This document shows positions 18,148-27,040 of a DNA stretch of 32,000 nucleotides, piece after piece; positions within the stretch are counted from its first letter, which is position 1; every line of letters begins with the position of its first letter. A program made the position numbers and the translations under genes. Under the pieces are notes generated by a model. That model was not told the origin of the DNA. It was given only the letters and a program-made list of their open reading frames with translations, and did no database searches. This DNA is from Acaryochloris thomasi RCC1774 (GTDB lineage: Bacteria; Cyanobacteriota; Cyanobacteriia; Thermosynechococcales; Thermosynechococcaceae), in assembly GCF_003231495.1 (NCBI RefSeq), contig NZ_PQWO01000018.1, positions 60,001 through 92,000 on the forward strand. The letters are read 5' to 3'.

Positions 18148-19413
18148 TTAGTTGAGAGGTTGGGCTTGATGGGAAGCTATCTGCGCTCGACCTGCTTTTT
18201 TCGCTTGATAGAGGGCGGTATCGGTGGCTGCGATCAATGCTGGGACCGTTAGCTCAGCGGTGGGGACTAGGGTGGAGATGCCAATGCTCAGGGTGATGCG
18301 ATCGCTCACACTAGAAGATTTATGGACCAGTGCTTGCTGATCTAGATCTGCTCTCAACTTCTCTGCCACCGCCATCGCTCCCTCAGAATTTGTGTTGGGT
18401 AAGATGATGGCAAATTCTTCTCCCCCGTAGCGCGCTGCTAAATCTAACGGACGCCTGATGGCCCCGTCAATGGTTTGTGCCACCACCTGCAGGCAGTGAT
18501 CTCCCTGCAAATGACCGTAGGTGTCGTTGTACTGCTTGAAATAATCGATGTCACAGAGCATCAGGGTCAAAGCTTTCTGATCCCTCACTGCCTGCTTCCA
18601 AGACTGTTCAAGATACTCATCAAAGCGGCGTCGATTGGCCAGCTTTGTTAAGCCATCCTGATTGGCAGCCAATGCTAACTGGCGATTCAACTGATCGAGT
18701 TCTTGATTGGCAAGATCGAGGGCCTTATTGATTGCCTGTAGCTTTTCTTGGGTTTTAAGGCGGGCCTGGATTTCTGCTTCTAGCTGCTGATTCTTTGCCT
18801 CTAACTCTCGTGTGCGAATTTTGACGGACTCTTCTAGATTTCGGTTAAAATCCTGCAGCTTTTCATTGAGGCTGGCAATCTCCCGGCGATCTTCTTCAGC
18901 CGTGATAATGTCCCGGTAGGAACGGATCGCCGTAACTAATGTCGAGAATAATTTCTGCTGCGTTAGCTCAGTCTTGGTTCTATAGTCATTGATATCGTAC
19001 CCCTTGATGATTGAGATCTCAGGCACTTCGCCCGGCTGGCCGGTTCGCAGAATGATGCGCACAAATAAATTGTGCAAGTTCTCACGGATATATTTGACCA
19101 ACTCTAGACCGGCCTGACTGGTTTCCATGACCACGTCAAGGAGCAATACGGCAGTATCGGGGTGCTGGCTCAGCATCGCTTGAGCTTCTTGCCCAGAGTA
19201 AGCAGAGATGATTTCTAAGGTCCTGTTCTCAAAAGTAAAATTTTTGAGCGCAAGGCGGGTGACCTCATGTACCTGTCTTTCGTCATCGACAACAAGTATT
19301 TTCCAGGGCGTTTCGCTGTTGCTGGCAGCGGTGTCTTGGTCGTCCGAGAATAGAGGCTCATCTTCAAAGTCAAGGCGTTCATTGGCAGTGACTGAATCGT
19401 TAGACTGAGGCAT
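18148..19413 (-). CDS. response regulator-diguanylate cyclase (REC - coiled coil - GGDEF)
   Basis: The REC domain reads ILVVDDE...VLLLDVVME...DYRTK. A long heptad-rich linker follows (EKLQDFNRNLEE...LEAKNQQLEAEIQARLKTQEKLQ...). The GGDEF domain has RYGGEEFAIIL and an RPLD (RxxD) I-site five residues upstream. Confidence 0.92.
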   Translation of the reverse strand: MPQSNDSVTANERLDFEDEPLFSDDQDTAASNSETPWKILVVDDERQVHEVTRLALKNFTFENRTLEIISAYSGQEAQAMLSQHPDTAVLLLDVVMETSQAGLELVKYIRENLHNLFVRIILRTGQPGEVPEISIIKGYDINDYRTKTELTQQKLFSTLVTAIRSYRDIITAEEDRREIASLNEKLQDFNRNLEESVKIRTRELEAKNQQLEAEIQARLKTQEKLQAINKALDLANQELDQLNRQLALAANQDGLTKLANRRRFDEYLEQSWKQAVRDQKALTLMLCDIDYFKQYNDTYGHLQGDHCLQVVAQTIDGAIRRPLDLAARYGGEEFAIILPNTNSEGAMAVAEKLRADLDQQALVHKSSSVSDRITLSIGISTLVPTAELTVPALIAATDTALYQAKKAGRAQIASHQAQPLN

Positions 19414-20674
19414 GGGTTCCCTCGTCTGTAATCTGTAAGGGTAAGTTCAGAATAAACTTGCTTCCTGAGCCTAAGGTGCTTTCACACCGGATGGTGCCCC
19501 GAAGGTTTTGCGTCACAATGTTGTGAACAATATGGAGCCCCAAGCCACTACCGCCGCGCTCTCGAGCAGTTGTGAAGAACGGCTCAAAAATCTTTGCTTG
19601 GTGGCTCTCAGAGATACCACACCCATCATCGGCGTACTCTAAGATCACCTGCTCTTCTTGCTGATGCAATGAAAAACTGAGGTGCCCCTGCTCTCCTGGG
19701 CCATAGGCATGTCGTGTAGAGTTGATCACCAAGTTTGTCACAATCTGAGAAAGCGCTCCAGGATAACTTACCATCTTCAGCGAAATATCTCCGTCAACGG
19801 TCGTTTGGTGTTTTGTGGCCTTAAGGTGAGGCTCTAGGCTAGTGAGCACACTGTTGATATAGGGGATGATTGTAAAGGGTCGCTTCTCAAAACTGGTCTG
19901 ATCTACGGCAACTTGCTTGAAGCTTTGAATAAGCTGGGCTGCTCTGTCAAGGTTGCTCAATACGAGACGACTACTATCTGCTGCAGTTTCGAGATAGCCA
20001 GAAAGGGTTGAACGCTTTAAGCTACCTTGCTTATAGAGCTCGTCGAAGGCTTGTGTTTCATTCTGCAGCACGGACGCTGCCAAGAGGGCGTTGCCGACGG
20101 GAGTATTGATCTCATGGGCGACACCCGCTACAAGCTGGCCCAGGGCTGCCATTTTCTCCGACCGGATTAGCTCTGTCTGGGTTTCCTGTAGCTCCTGTAG
20201 GGTTTGGGTTAACTCACGGGTTCGTGCCTGTACCTTTTGCTCTAGCTGGTGCTGATACTCATAGAGCTGTTGCTCTTGGATATAGCTGTTGAGTGCTTCT
20301 CGCACAGTGAGCTGCAGGTCGGCAGGCTGCCAGGGTTTGGCGATATATCGATAGAGCTGAGCTGTATTAATCGCATTGGTTATCCCATCTACCCCTGCTT
20401 GCCCCGTTAGCATCACGGTTAGGGTTTTGGGTGAGAGTTCGTTGACCTGTCGCAGCACCTCGTCACCCTTTAGATCGGGCATCAGATAGTCAGCAATGAT
20501 GACAGCCACATTGCACTGGTCCTGCACTAAATCTTTGACAAGTTCAACGGCTTCTACGCCCCCAACTGCGGTTTCTAGCTCATAGCTCTCCTCAAAGACT
20601 TCAGAAAGCTCTCGCCGCAGACTATCAAGAACGGCGGGTTCGTCATCAACGCACACGATCACAGGTTTTGACAT
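19400..20674 (-). CDS. hybrid histidine kinase with N-terminal receiver (REC - HisKA - HATPase_c), no other sensor domain
   Basis: The REC domain reads VIVCVDDEPAVL...VIIADYLMPDLKG...IAKPW. The H-box is SEKMAALGQLVAGVAHEINTPVG, and the ATPase boxes are VTNLVINSTRHA, DDGCGI and GGSGLGLHIV. Its 3' end overlaps the GGDEF start by 14 nt. Confidence 0.92.
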   Translation of the reverse strand: MSKPVIVCVDDEPAVLDSLRRELSEVFEESYELETAVGGVEAVELVKDLVQDQCNVAVIIADYLMPDLKGDEVLRQVNELSPKTLTVMLTGQAGVDGITNAINTAQLYRYIAKPWQPADLQLTVREALNSYIQEQQLYEYQHQLEQKVQARTRELTQTLQELQETQTELIRSEKMAALGQLVAGVAHEINTPVGNALLAASVLQNETQAFDELYKQGSLKRSTLSGYLETAADSSRLVLSNLDRAAQLIQSFKQVAVDQTSFEKRPFTIIPYINSVLTSLEPHLKATKHQTTVDGDISLKMVSYPGALSQIVTNLVINSTRHAYGPGEQGHLSFSLHQQEEQVILEYADDGCGISESHQAKIFEPFFTTARERGGSGLGLHIVHNIVTQNLRGTIRCESTLGSGSKFILNLPLQITDEGTHASV

Positions 20675-20677
20675 GGA

Positions 20678-21070
20678 TTACTGGGGAAGGGCCGATTGAA
20701 TTGCTTGAATTAAGTCCTGCTCTTGCCAAGGCTTTGCTAGGCAGGTATGGAGGTTCGCTTGATCATGAGCTCGCTCAACCGCGTCGTGATCAGCTTGCCC
20801 TGTCAACATAATTTTAACCACGCCGGGGAAACGCTGATGGACGTCAATCAGGAGTTCGTCGCCTTTGGCTCCCGGCATTAGCCAATCAGACACGATCACT
20901 AATAGATCTGTCCCTTCGCCCTGGAGTTCTTCGATAATTTCTAGGGCTTCGCTGGCATTCTCTGCCGTTTCGTAGAGATAGGTATCATCGAAGGCTGTCT
21001 GGAGCTGTCGCAGTAGGCTATTGAGGATGATCGCTTCGTCATCAACGCAAAGAATCGCTAGTTTAGACAT
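20678..21070 (-). CDS. single-domain response regulator (CheY-like REC)
   Basis: 130 aa reading ILCVDDEAIILNSL...LVIVSDWLMPGAKG...IMLTGQAD...LAKPW. Its start overlaps the upstream stop by 8 nt, and its stop is 3 nt from the next start. Confidence 0.92.
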   Translation of the reverse strand: MSKLAILCVDDEAIILNSLLRQLQTAFDDTYLYETAENASEALEIIEELQGEGTDLLVIVSDWLMPGAKGDELLIDVHQRFPGVVKIMLTGQADHDAVERAHDQANLHTCLAKPWQEQDLIQAIQSALPQ

Positions 21071-24000
21071 GATGGTTTCCGGGTTGAGGATTCATGGGTA
21101 AAGACACGATGAAGGTCGTCTGCGAGGGTATCGATTCAAAGGTGATGGTGCCTTGATGCTTATCGATGATCTTTTTGACAATATCGAGTCCCAGTCCGCT
21201 GCCTTCGCCAGGGGGCTTGGTTGTAAAGAAAGGCTCAAAAATGTTCGCTTGGACCTCTGGAGGGATGCCACTACCGCTGTCGGTGATTTTTACCTGTGCG
21301 CTGCCGCCGAGTTCCTGCAGGCTGACCTCCAATGTGCCTTTGTAGTCCATGGCCTGTAGGGCATTGTGAATCAGATTCGTCCACACTTGGTTGAGTTCAT
21401 CGGCATAGCACTTTACGGGAGGGATGGCATCGAGGCTACGAATTACTGTGACGCCGTGCTTGATTTGGTTCTGGTAAAGGGTGAGGACGGCTTCAATGCC
21501 ATCTGTAAGGTTGACCGTCATCATTTCGCCGCTGTGGTCGTAGCGGGCGTAGGTTTTGAGGGCAAACACGATCTTGGCGGCGCGATCGCTAGCGCTGTTG
21601 ATGTCTCGGGCGCTCTCTTGCACCCGCGTAAATTGACGCGCCATTTTTAGAAGCGGTTCGCTACTCGGATTTGTCAGCAAGGGCAGTAGGGCATCGAGAT
21701 CGCTGTAGATGTTCAGGTCAATAAGCAAGCTAGCCAGATCGCTGGCGTTTGCAATTTCATGGTGGCCCAGTTGCTTGGCTAGGTTTTTGCGTGCTTGACG
21801 ACGCTCCCGCCCTGAGAGCTTGGTGGTTGACTGGAGCGATCGCTGGAGCAGGCTTTGAAACTGCTGCTCTTGTTCTGGGGAGAGGGTTCGAAAGAAGTGG
21901 GGGAGCGTTTGTAGGTTGTTGTGCAAGAAGTTATTGATGTACTGAATAGAGGAGCCAATGGCACCCAGGGGCGTATTAATCTCGTGGGCGATACCGGCAA
22001 TAAGCTGTCCCAGAGCGGCCATCTTTTCGGACTGAACCAGTTCTTGTTGAGTGAGCTGTAGTTCTTTGACGGTTTGAGAAAGGGTTTGGGTACGCTCATC
22101 GACTTTTTGCTCTAGGTTGGCGTAGAGACGAGCGTTGTCAATTGCGATCGCAACCTGTCCCGACAGCAGCTGCAGTAGTTCTAATCGATCGGGGGTAAAA
22201 GCACTGGTGGTTAAATTATTTTCCAGATAGACCATCCCACTGAGCTGTCCCAGGTTGAGGAGTGGCATACACAAAATTGACTGGGTCTGTCGCTCTTTGA
22301 TGTAGGGATCTTGAGTGAAATCACCGGCTTGACTGGCATGGGATAAAACCACGCTCTCCTGCGTGCGGTTGACGTAGTTCAATAGCGTCTGAGGAACTTG
22401 CCCCACTATCGGTGTGGACTGGAGGACGCTATAGGTCTCAGACTCGGTGTTGGCAGAGGCCTCAATCAGGAGACCGTCGCTGTTAAGAATGAGATAGCCA
22501 ACCTGGGCACCGGCATTGCGCACCAGGATTTGAATGAGAGTCATCAACAATTTGTCGAGGACAATCTCCGTTGAGATGGCCTGAGATGCCTGCAGAACAG
22601 TGGCTAAATCTAGCGATTGGCTGGTACGAACGGTGTGAGTTGCTGTGGAAGAAGAAGAAGGTCCCGATGCCGTTGTGAAGACTGCCTTAGAAAGGTTAGG
22701 GTACTGCTGTTCTAGCTGCTCGACCTTTGCGGTTGCCCCCCACCGGAAGTAGCCATAGTAGGCATCTTTCAAATAGACCTGGGCAATCTTGTCTCGATTT
22801 TGCCGCTGGTAGAACTGAGCTGCAAGTTCATTCGCAAGCGCTTCTTCTTGAGGGTAGTCGTGGGCTTGGGCCGATGTGATCGCATGATCATAGGCCACCC
22901 CTGCCTCTGCTATTTGTCCTAAACAGCGATAGCGTTCTGCTTCGACTAGCTCATATTTATGCCGGTGGTTCTCTGGGGCATGTTCAGCCCACTGCTGCAG
23001 CTGTTGCTGGTTGGCATTGACCTGCTCTAGTGCCTGCTGCTGCTCCGATTCATAAAGGTGCTCAAAACGGGCCAGCCGAGTTAAAGAGTCATAGAAGTTC
23101 AGCACGGCAATGGTGTAGGCGGCGGTCATTCCATCGGCGTTGTTTTCTGCCAACTGTGTACAGCTTAAAGCGGTTTCGTAGTCCGCCAGTAAATAGCAGA
23201 GCATTGCTTTATGCGTGTAGAAGAAGGCCAGAGCCAGTTTGTTGTCGGCACTCTCCACCGTGACCTCGGCTTCCTGGAGAAATTCTCCGTTGAGTTTGCT
23301 TAGGTCAGAGGCTTGGCCTCTGAGGTTTGCGAGGGTCTGCTGATAAATCTTCAGGTATAGATGGCAGGCGGCTTGCTTTAGGGTTGCGATCGCAAAATTA
23401 TAGGCAGCCATCCGAGTCGCTAACGCTTCTAGTTCTCGACCCGTGAGTAGACTGTGCATGGACTCCCAGCAGAGCGAGTAGCAGGCATATTCCACATCGC
23501 CTGTGTCCAAGCCGATTTGATAGCCGCTGTGAAGATCGGCAATCGTAGCGCTGAGCGGATCCTCCCAGTGACGCACAAACGCATTGAAGACAAACATTAC
23601 CCGACTTTTCGCCTGCTTGGCCTCGAACTTATCCACCACCTGCAGCGCCAAGCGCCCAAACTGGTAGCCCGAAGCAATATCGCCCACCGCCCCGCACAGC
23701 GTGATGCCGTAGCAGTCATAGGCAAAAGCCGAAGCTGCTGTATTGCCATACTCTAACGAGAGTCGAATTTGGGTGAGGTTGCTGAGAATAAACCGTTCAA
23801 AAGCGGCCTGATAGCCAGAAGATAAAATGTCCGATAAAATCTGCATTGCCGCCAGCTTTTCAGGATCCGTCATCGCAGGCAAATCAATCAAACCTTCGAT
23901 GGAGCGCTGATGCTGTAGAGCCTGAGTTCGCTGTAGCTCAAGCTGTAAATTTTCTGGCGTCGGTTCCGGGAACTGAATGCCTAGCTGCCCTAAAATTTCA

Positions 24001-26534
24001 AAACCAATATCGGTTGCTTCAAAATGTCGATTCTGAGACGAACAGGCCAGAATCTTCACCCGATAGACTTTGACTTTATCTAGAACACAGCGGGCCTTCT
24101 GCAGAATGATTGCCGTTAGCTGCTCTTGCTTTTCGTAGTCCTGATTCAGATAGGCCGCCTCACTGGCCGCCTCATAAAGCCCCAGGGCTAATTCATAGGT
24201 GTTTTGCCAGCCATCCGGTCCTAAAAGCGTCACCCCTGTTAGTAGATAGTTCATCGCAGCTTGGTAAGCGGTTGCCGACTTCGCCTTCTGACCCGCCTGA
24301 AAATTGAGCTGCGCTAACTGCTGTCGTTCAGCCGGTTCAGAGATCAGATCGAGTGCTTGATTGAGATGATCCACGACCTCAAAGATGCGGTCTGCCAGAC
24401 CTTCTTGGGTCACGCCGTCTCTGAGCAGACGACCAATACGGAGATGAACCGGTGCTTTTTGTTCTGGGGTAATCAGGGCATAGGCAGCCTGCTGGATGCG
24501 GTCATGGCCGAAGCGAAAGCGTTCAATTGTTAAATCTGCTGTCAATTCAGACAGGGGAATCACTAAACCACACTGAATCGTCGGCTTGAGATCAGCAAAA
24601 ACGGTTTTGAAAGACTTCTGTTGAATAATGGCAAGGGTCGCCAGATCAAACTGAGCGCCGACGCAGGCCGCCAGCCGCAGTCCTTCTTGGGTGGCGCTTG
24701 ACAGCTTCTGGAGTTTGCCAATCAGCAGCTCAATGACGTTATCGGTCAAATCTTGGGCCTGAATCTGCTCCATGTCCCATTCCCAGAGGCGGGATGCTTC
24801 ATTAAACTGCAGCAGTCTTTCACTGTGGAGACTCTTGAGAAATTCGTTGACGAAAAAGGGATTGCCTTCTGTTTTCTGAAGCACTAATTCCGCGAGGGGA
24901 TCTAGTTCAGCCTGACTGTGCTGCAGTGTATCCGTGATTAGCTGACTGAGGTGCGTCAGCGATAGGGGGGCCAGGGTAATCGTATTGACTGTCACACTCT
25001 GGGTCTCAAAGTGGTTTAACAGGCTCATTAATGGATGCGCCGCACTGACTTCATTGTCACGGTAGGCACCGATCACAAGCAGCGATCGCATCTTACTATC
25101 GGTCATCATTCGCTGCATCAGCTTCAGGCTGGCAGAATCAGCCCACTGCAAATCGTCTAGGAACAGCACTAGCGGATGCTCGGGATCACAGAAAACCCGA
25201 ATGAAACTTTGAAAAACCAGATTGAAGCGGTTTTGAGCCTCTGTTGGACCCAGCTCTGGTACCGGGGGCTGCTTTCCTGTAATCAGAGCTATTTCAGGGA
25301 TCACATCAATGACCACCTGACCGTTTGGTCCCAAAGCTGCTAGCAAGCGCTGCCGCCACTGGGCTAGCTGGGTCTCGCTTTCCGTTAAAAGCTGTTTGGC
25401 AAGGCTGCGAAAGGCAGCAATCACTGCGGAGTAGGGCACATCCCGCTGAAACTGGTCATATTTACCGGCGATGAAGTAGCCGCGCTTCTCGGTAATGGGC
25501 TTATGGACCTCCGCCACTAGAGAAGACTTGCCAATCCCGGAATACCCTGCCACCAGCATTAATTCGCTGGTGCTGGTGGATTGGCTGATGCGCTCGAAAG
25601 CCGCCAGCAATATTGCTTTCTCGGCCTCTCGCCCATAGAGCTTTTGTGGAATCTGGAAGCGACCGGATAAATCTTGAGTGCCGAGGACGAAAGGTGCAAT
25701 CTTACCTGTGCTGCGTAACTGCTCTCGGCAGTTTTCCAAATCAGCCTGGAGGCCCGCCGCGTTCTGATAGCGGTCCTCAGCCGTTTTAGCCATCAGCTTC
25801 AGCGTCAGATTAGACAAGACCTGCGGCACCGCAAGATTAATTTGATGCGGTGGCTTGGGTTGATGGGCAATATGACAGTGAACCAGTGCCAAAGCATCTT
25901 CGGTCGGGAATGGTAACTGCCCCGTCAGCAGCTCATAGAATGTAATGCCGAGAGAATAGAAGTCCGTTCGGTAGTCTAGGGAGCGATTCATCCGTCCGGT
26001 TTGCTCCGGTGACAGATAGGCCAGCGTGCCTTCTAATACCCGTGGGTTTTTGAGGGTGGGGTTCTCACGGCTCAACTGGGTTGAAATCCCAAAGTCGATG
26101 ATTTTAAGCTGTCCTGAGGCTGGGTTGACAATGATATTGCTGGGATTAATATCTTTGTGAATGACGTTACGGCTGTGAATATGCCCCAGGATTTCGACAA
26201 TCTTGAGAGCTAAATCTAGAAACTCCTCCAGCGGCACTGCCTGCCCTTGGAACCACTCTTTGAGGGATTGCCCTCCAATGTCTTCGAGCACCATCGCTAA
26301 AGTGCGCTGATAGGGTTCTAACCCATAAACCTGAACTGTACCTTCGATGTCAAGATTGCTCGTGATTTCATATTCTTGGCGATAGCGGGTCAGTTCGGCC
26401 GAGGTGGGATAGTCTTCTTTCAAGATTTTGATAATGACAGGCTGATCAGGGTCGCCTCGATGACCCCGATAGACTAATGAATTCGCGCTCTCATAAATGT
26501 GCTTAGTCAAATTACAGCCGACAACACCCGTCAT
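21063..26534 (-). CDS. multidomain Ser/Thr protein kinase - P-loop NTPase (AAA_16/STAND-like) - TPR-like helical region - GAF - histidine kinase (HstK-like dual kinase)
   Basis: The STK motifs are VIIKILK (beta3 Lys), HKDINPSNIIV (catalytic loop), IDFGIS and AYLSPEQ. Walker A is VAGYSGIGKSSLV and Walker B is LVLFLDDLQWAD. About 700 aa of helical repeats follow. The GAF region ends ...LCMPLLNLGQLSGMVYLEN. The H-box is SEKMAALGQLIAGIAHEINTPLG, and the ATPase boxes are WTNLIHNALQAM, DSGSGI and EGSGLGLDIV. Confidence 0.93.
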   Translation of the reverse strand: MTGVVGCNLTKHIYESANSLVYRGHRGDPDQPVIIKILKEDYPTSAELTRYRQEYEITSNLDIEGTVQVYGLEPYQRTLAMVLEDIGGQSLKEWFQGQAVPLEEFLDLALKIVEILGHIHSRNVIHKDINPSNIIVNPASGQLKIIDFGISTQLSRENPTLKNPRVLEGTLAYLSPEQTGRMNRSLDYRTDFYSLGITFYELLTGQLPFPTEDALALVHCHIAHQPKPPHQINLAVPQVLSNLTLKLMAKTAEDRYQNAAGLQADLENCREQLRSTGKIAPFVLGTQDLSGRFQIPQKLYGREAEKAILLAAFERISQSTSTSELMLVAGYSGIGKSSLVAEVHKPITEKRGYFIAGKYDQFQRDVPYSAVIAAFRSLAKQLLTESETQLAQWRQRLLAALGPNGQVVIDVIPEIALITGKQPPVPELGPTEAQNRFNLVFQSFIRVFCDPEHPLVLFLDDLQWADSASLKLMQRMMTDSKMRSLLVIGAYRDNEVSAAHPLMSLLNHFETQSVTVNTITLAPLSLTHLSQLITDTLQHSQAELDPLAELVLQKTEGNPFFVNEFLKSLHSERLLQFNEASRLWEWDMEQIQAQDLTDNVIELLIGKLQKLSSATQEGLRLAACVGAQFDLATLAIIQQKSFKTVFADLKPTIQCGLVIPLSELTADLTIERFRFGHDRIQQAAYALITPEQKAPVHLRIGRLLRDGVTQEGLADRIFEVVDHLNQALDLISEPAERQQLAQLNFQAGQKAKSATAYQAAMNYLLTGVTLLGPDGWQNTYELALGLYEAASEAAYLNQDYEKQEQLTAIILQKARCVLDKVKVYRVKILACSSQNRHFEATDIGFEILGQLGIQFPEPTPENLQLELQRTQALQHQRSIEGLIDLPAMTDPEKLAAMQILSDILSSGYQAAFERFILSNLTQIRLSLEYGNTAASAFAYDCYGITLCGAVGDIASGYQFGRLALQVVDKFEAKQAKSRVMFVFNAFVRHWEDPLSATIADLHSGYQIGLDTGDVEYACYSLCWESMHSLLTGRELEALATRMAAYNFAIATLKQAACHLYLKIYQQTLANLRGQASDLSKLNGEFLQEAEVTVESADNKLALAFFYTHKAMLCYLLADYETALSCTQLAENNADGMTAAYTIAVLNFYDSLTRLARFEHLYESEQQQALEQVNANQQQLQQWAEHAPENHRHKYELVEAERYRCLGQIAEAGVAYDHAITSAQAHDYPQEEALANELAAQFYQRQNRDKIAQVYLKDAYYGYFRWGATAKVEQLEQQYPNLSKAVFTTASGPSSSSTATHTVRTSQSLDLATVLQASQAISTEIVLDKLLMTLIQILVRNAGAQVGYLILNSDGLLIEASANTESETYSVLQSTPIVGQVPQTLLNYVNRTQESVVLSHASQAGDFTQDPYIKERQTQSILCMPLLNLGQLSGMVYLENNLTTSAFTPDRLELLQLLSGQVAIAIDNARLYANLEQKVDERTQTLSQTVKELQLTQQELVQSEKMAALGQLIAGIAHEINTPLGAIGSSIQYINNFLHNNLQTLPHFFRTLSPEQEQQFQSLLQRSLQSTTKLSGRERRQARKNLAKQLGHHEIANASDLASLLIDLNIYSDLDALLPLLTNPSSEPLLKMARQFTRVQESARDINSASDRAAKIVFALKTYARYDHSGEMMTVNLTDGIEAVLTLYQNQIKHGVTVIRSLDAIPPVKCYADELNQVWTNLIHNALQAMDYKGTLEVSLQELGGSAQVKITDSGSGIPPEVQANIFEPFFTTKPPGEGSGLGLDIVKKIIDKHQGTITFESIPSQTTFIVSLPMNPQPGNHHV

Positions 26535-26889
26535 TCATCTGTCCTTAAACGCCGAAAGAGTATCTGGCCTCAGCAAAGCTATGGATATTTGGCGTTGAGA
26601 TCGCAGTCTTTTTGATCAGACTTAGCTAAACTCTCCGTGCAAATACTGAATTAGCAGGCCAGCTCTATAGTGGACGGCTGAAGCAGCAAACCTGACATCT
26701 AAGTCTACTTTTGTGATGTTGCCATGACGAAGTATTGAGCTGAATCTGTAAATTCTCTCAATTCGTTGGCGTTACGGCGATCAAGAGGGACTGAATAAAC
26801 GGCATGCTGCCCGTCAGAAACGACAGTCTGTTAAACAAACAAGCGACCTTTACAACTGTTTGAATTCGGGGAACAGAGACAGGGGAAAT

Positions 26890-26993
26890 TTTTCGATCAA
26901 GATTGCTCAGAGACTGGGAACACTGAGTTTGAGAAACGGCACCTCAACGATTTTGACGATTGTGAGATTCACAAGACCCTAGTTTTCGATCAA
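26890..26993. promoter_or_regulatory. candidate operator-like direct repeats (TTTTCGATCAA x2) in the divergent kinase-operon/LOX intergenic region
   Basis: The identical 11-mer TTTTCGATCAA occurs at 26890-26900 and 26983-26993, 93 bp apart, 48-151 bp upstream of the LOX ATG. A third CGATCAAG lies at 26778-26785. The evidence is sequence repetition only. Confidence 0.25.
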
Positions 26994-27040
26994 AGATGTG
27001 CCTCTGCTTTCTTCTGTTTCCCAACGTGAGTAACTGATAC

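Noticed and set aside
21063-26534. STAND-like NTPase + kinase giant protein as an antiphage (Avs/STAND-type) defence gene
   Set aside because: The C-terminus is a GAF-histidine kinase rather than a nuclease, protease or TIR effector. The operon partners are receivers and a GGDEF enzyme. This is the classic signal-transduction architecture of HstK-like cyanobacterial kinases.
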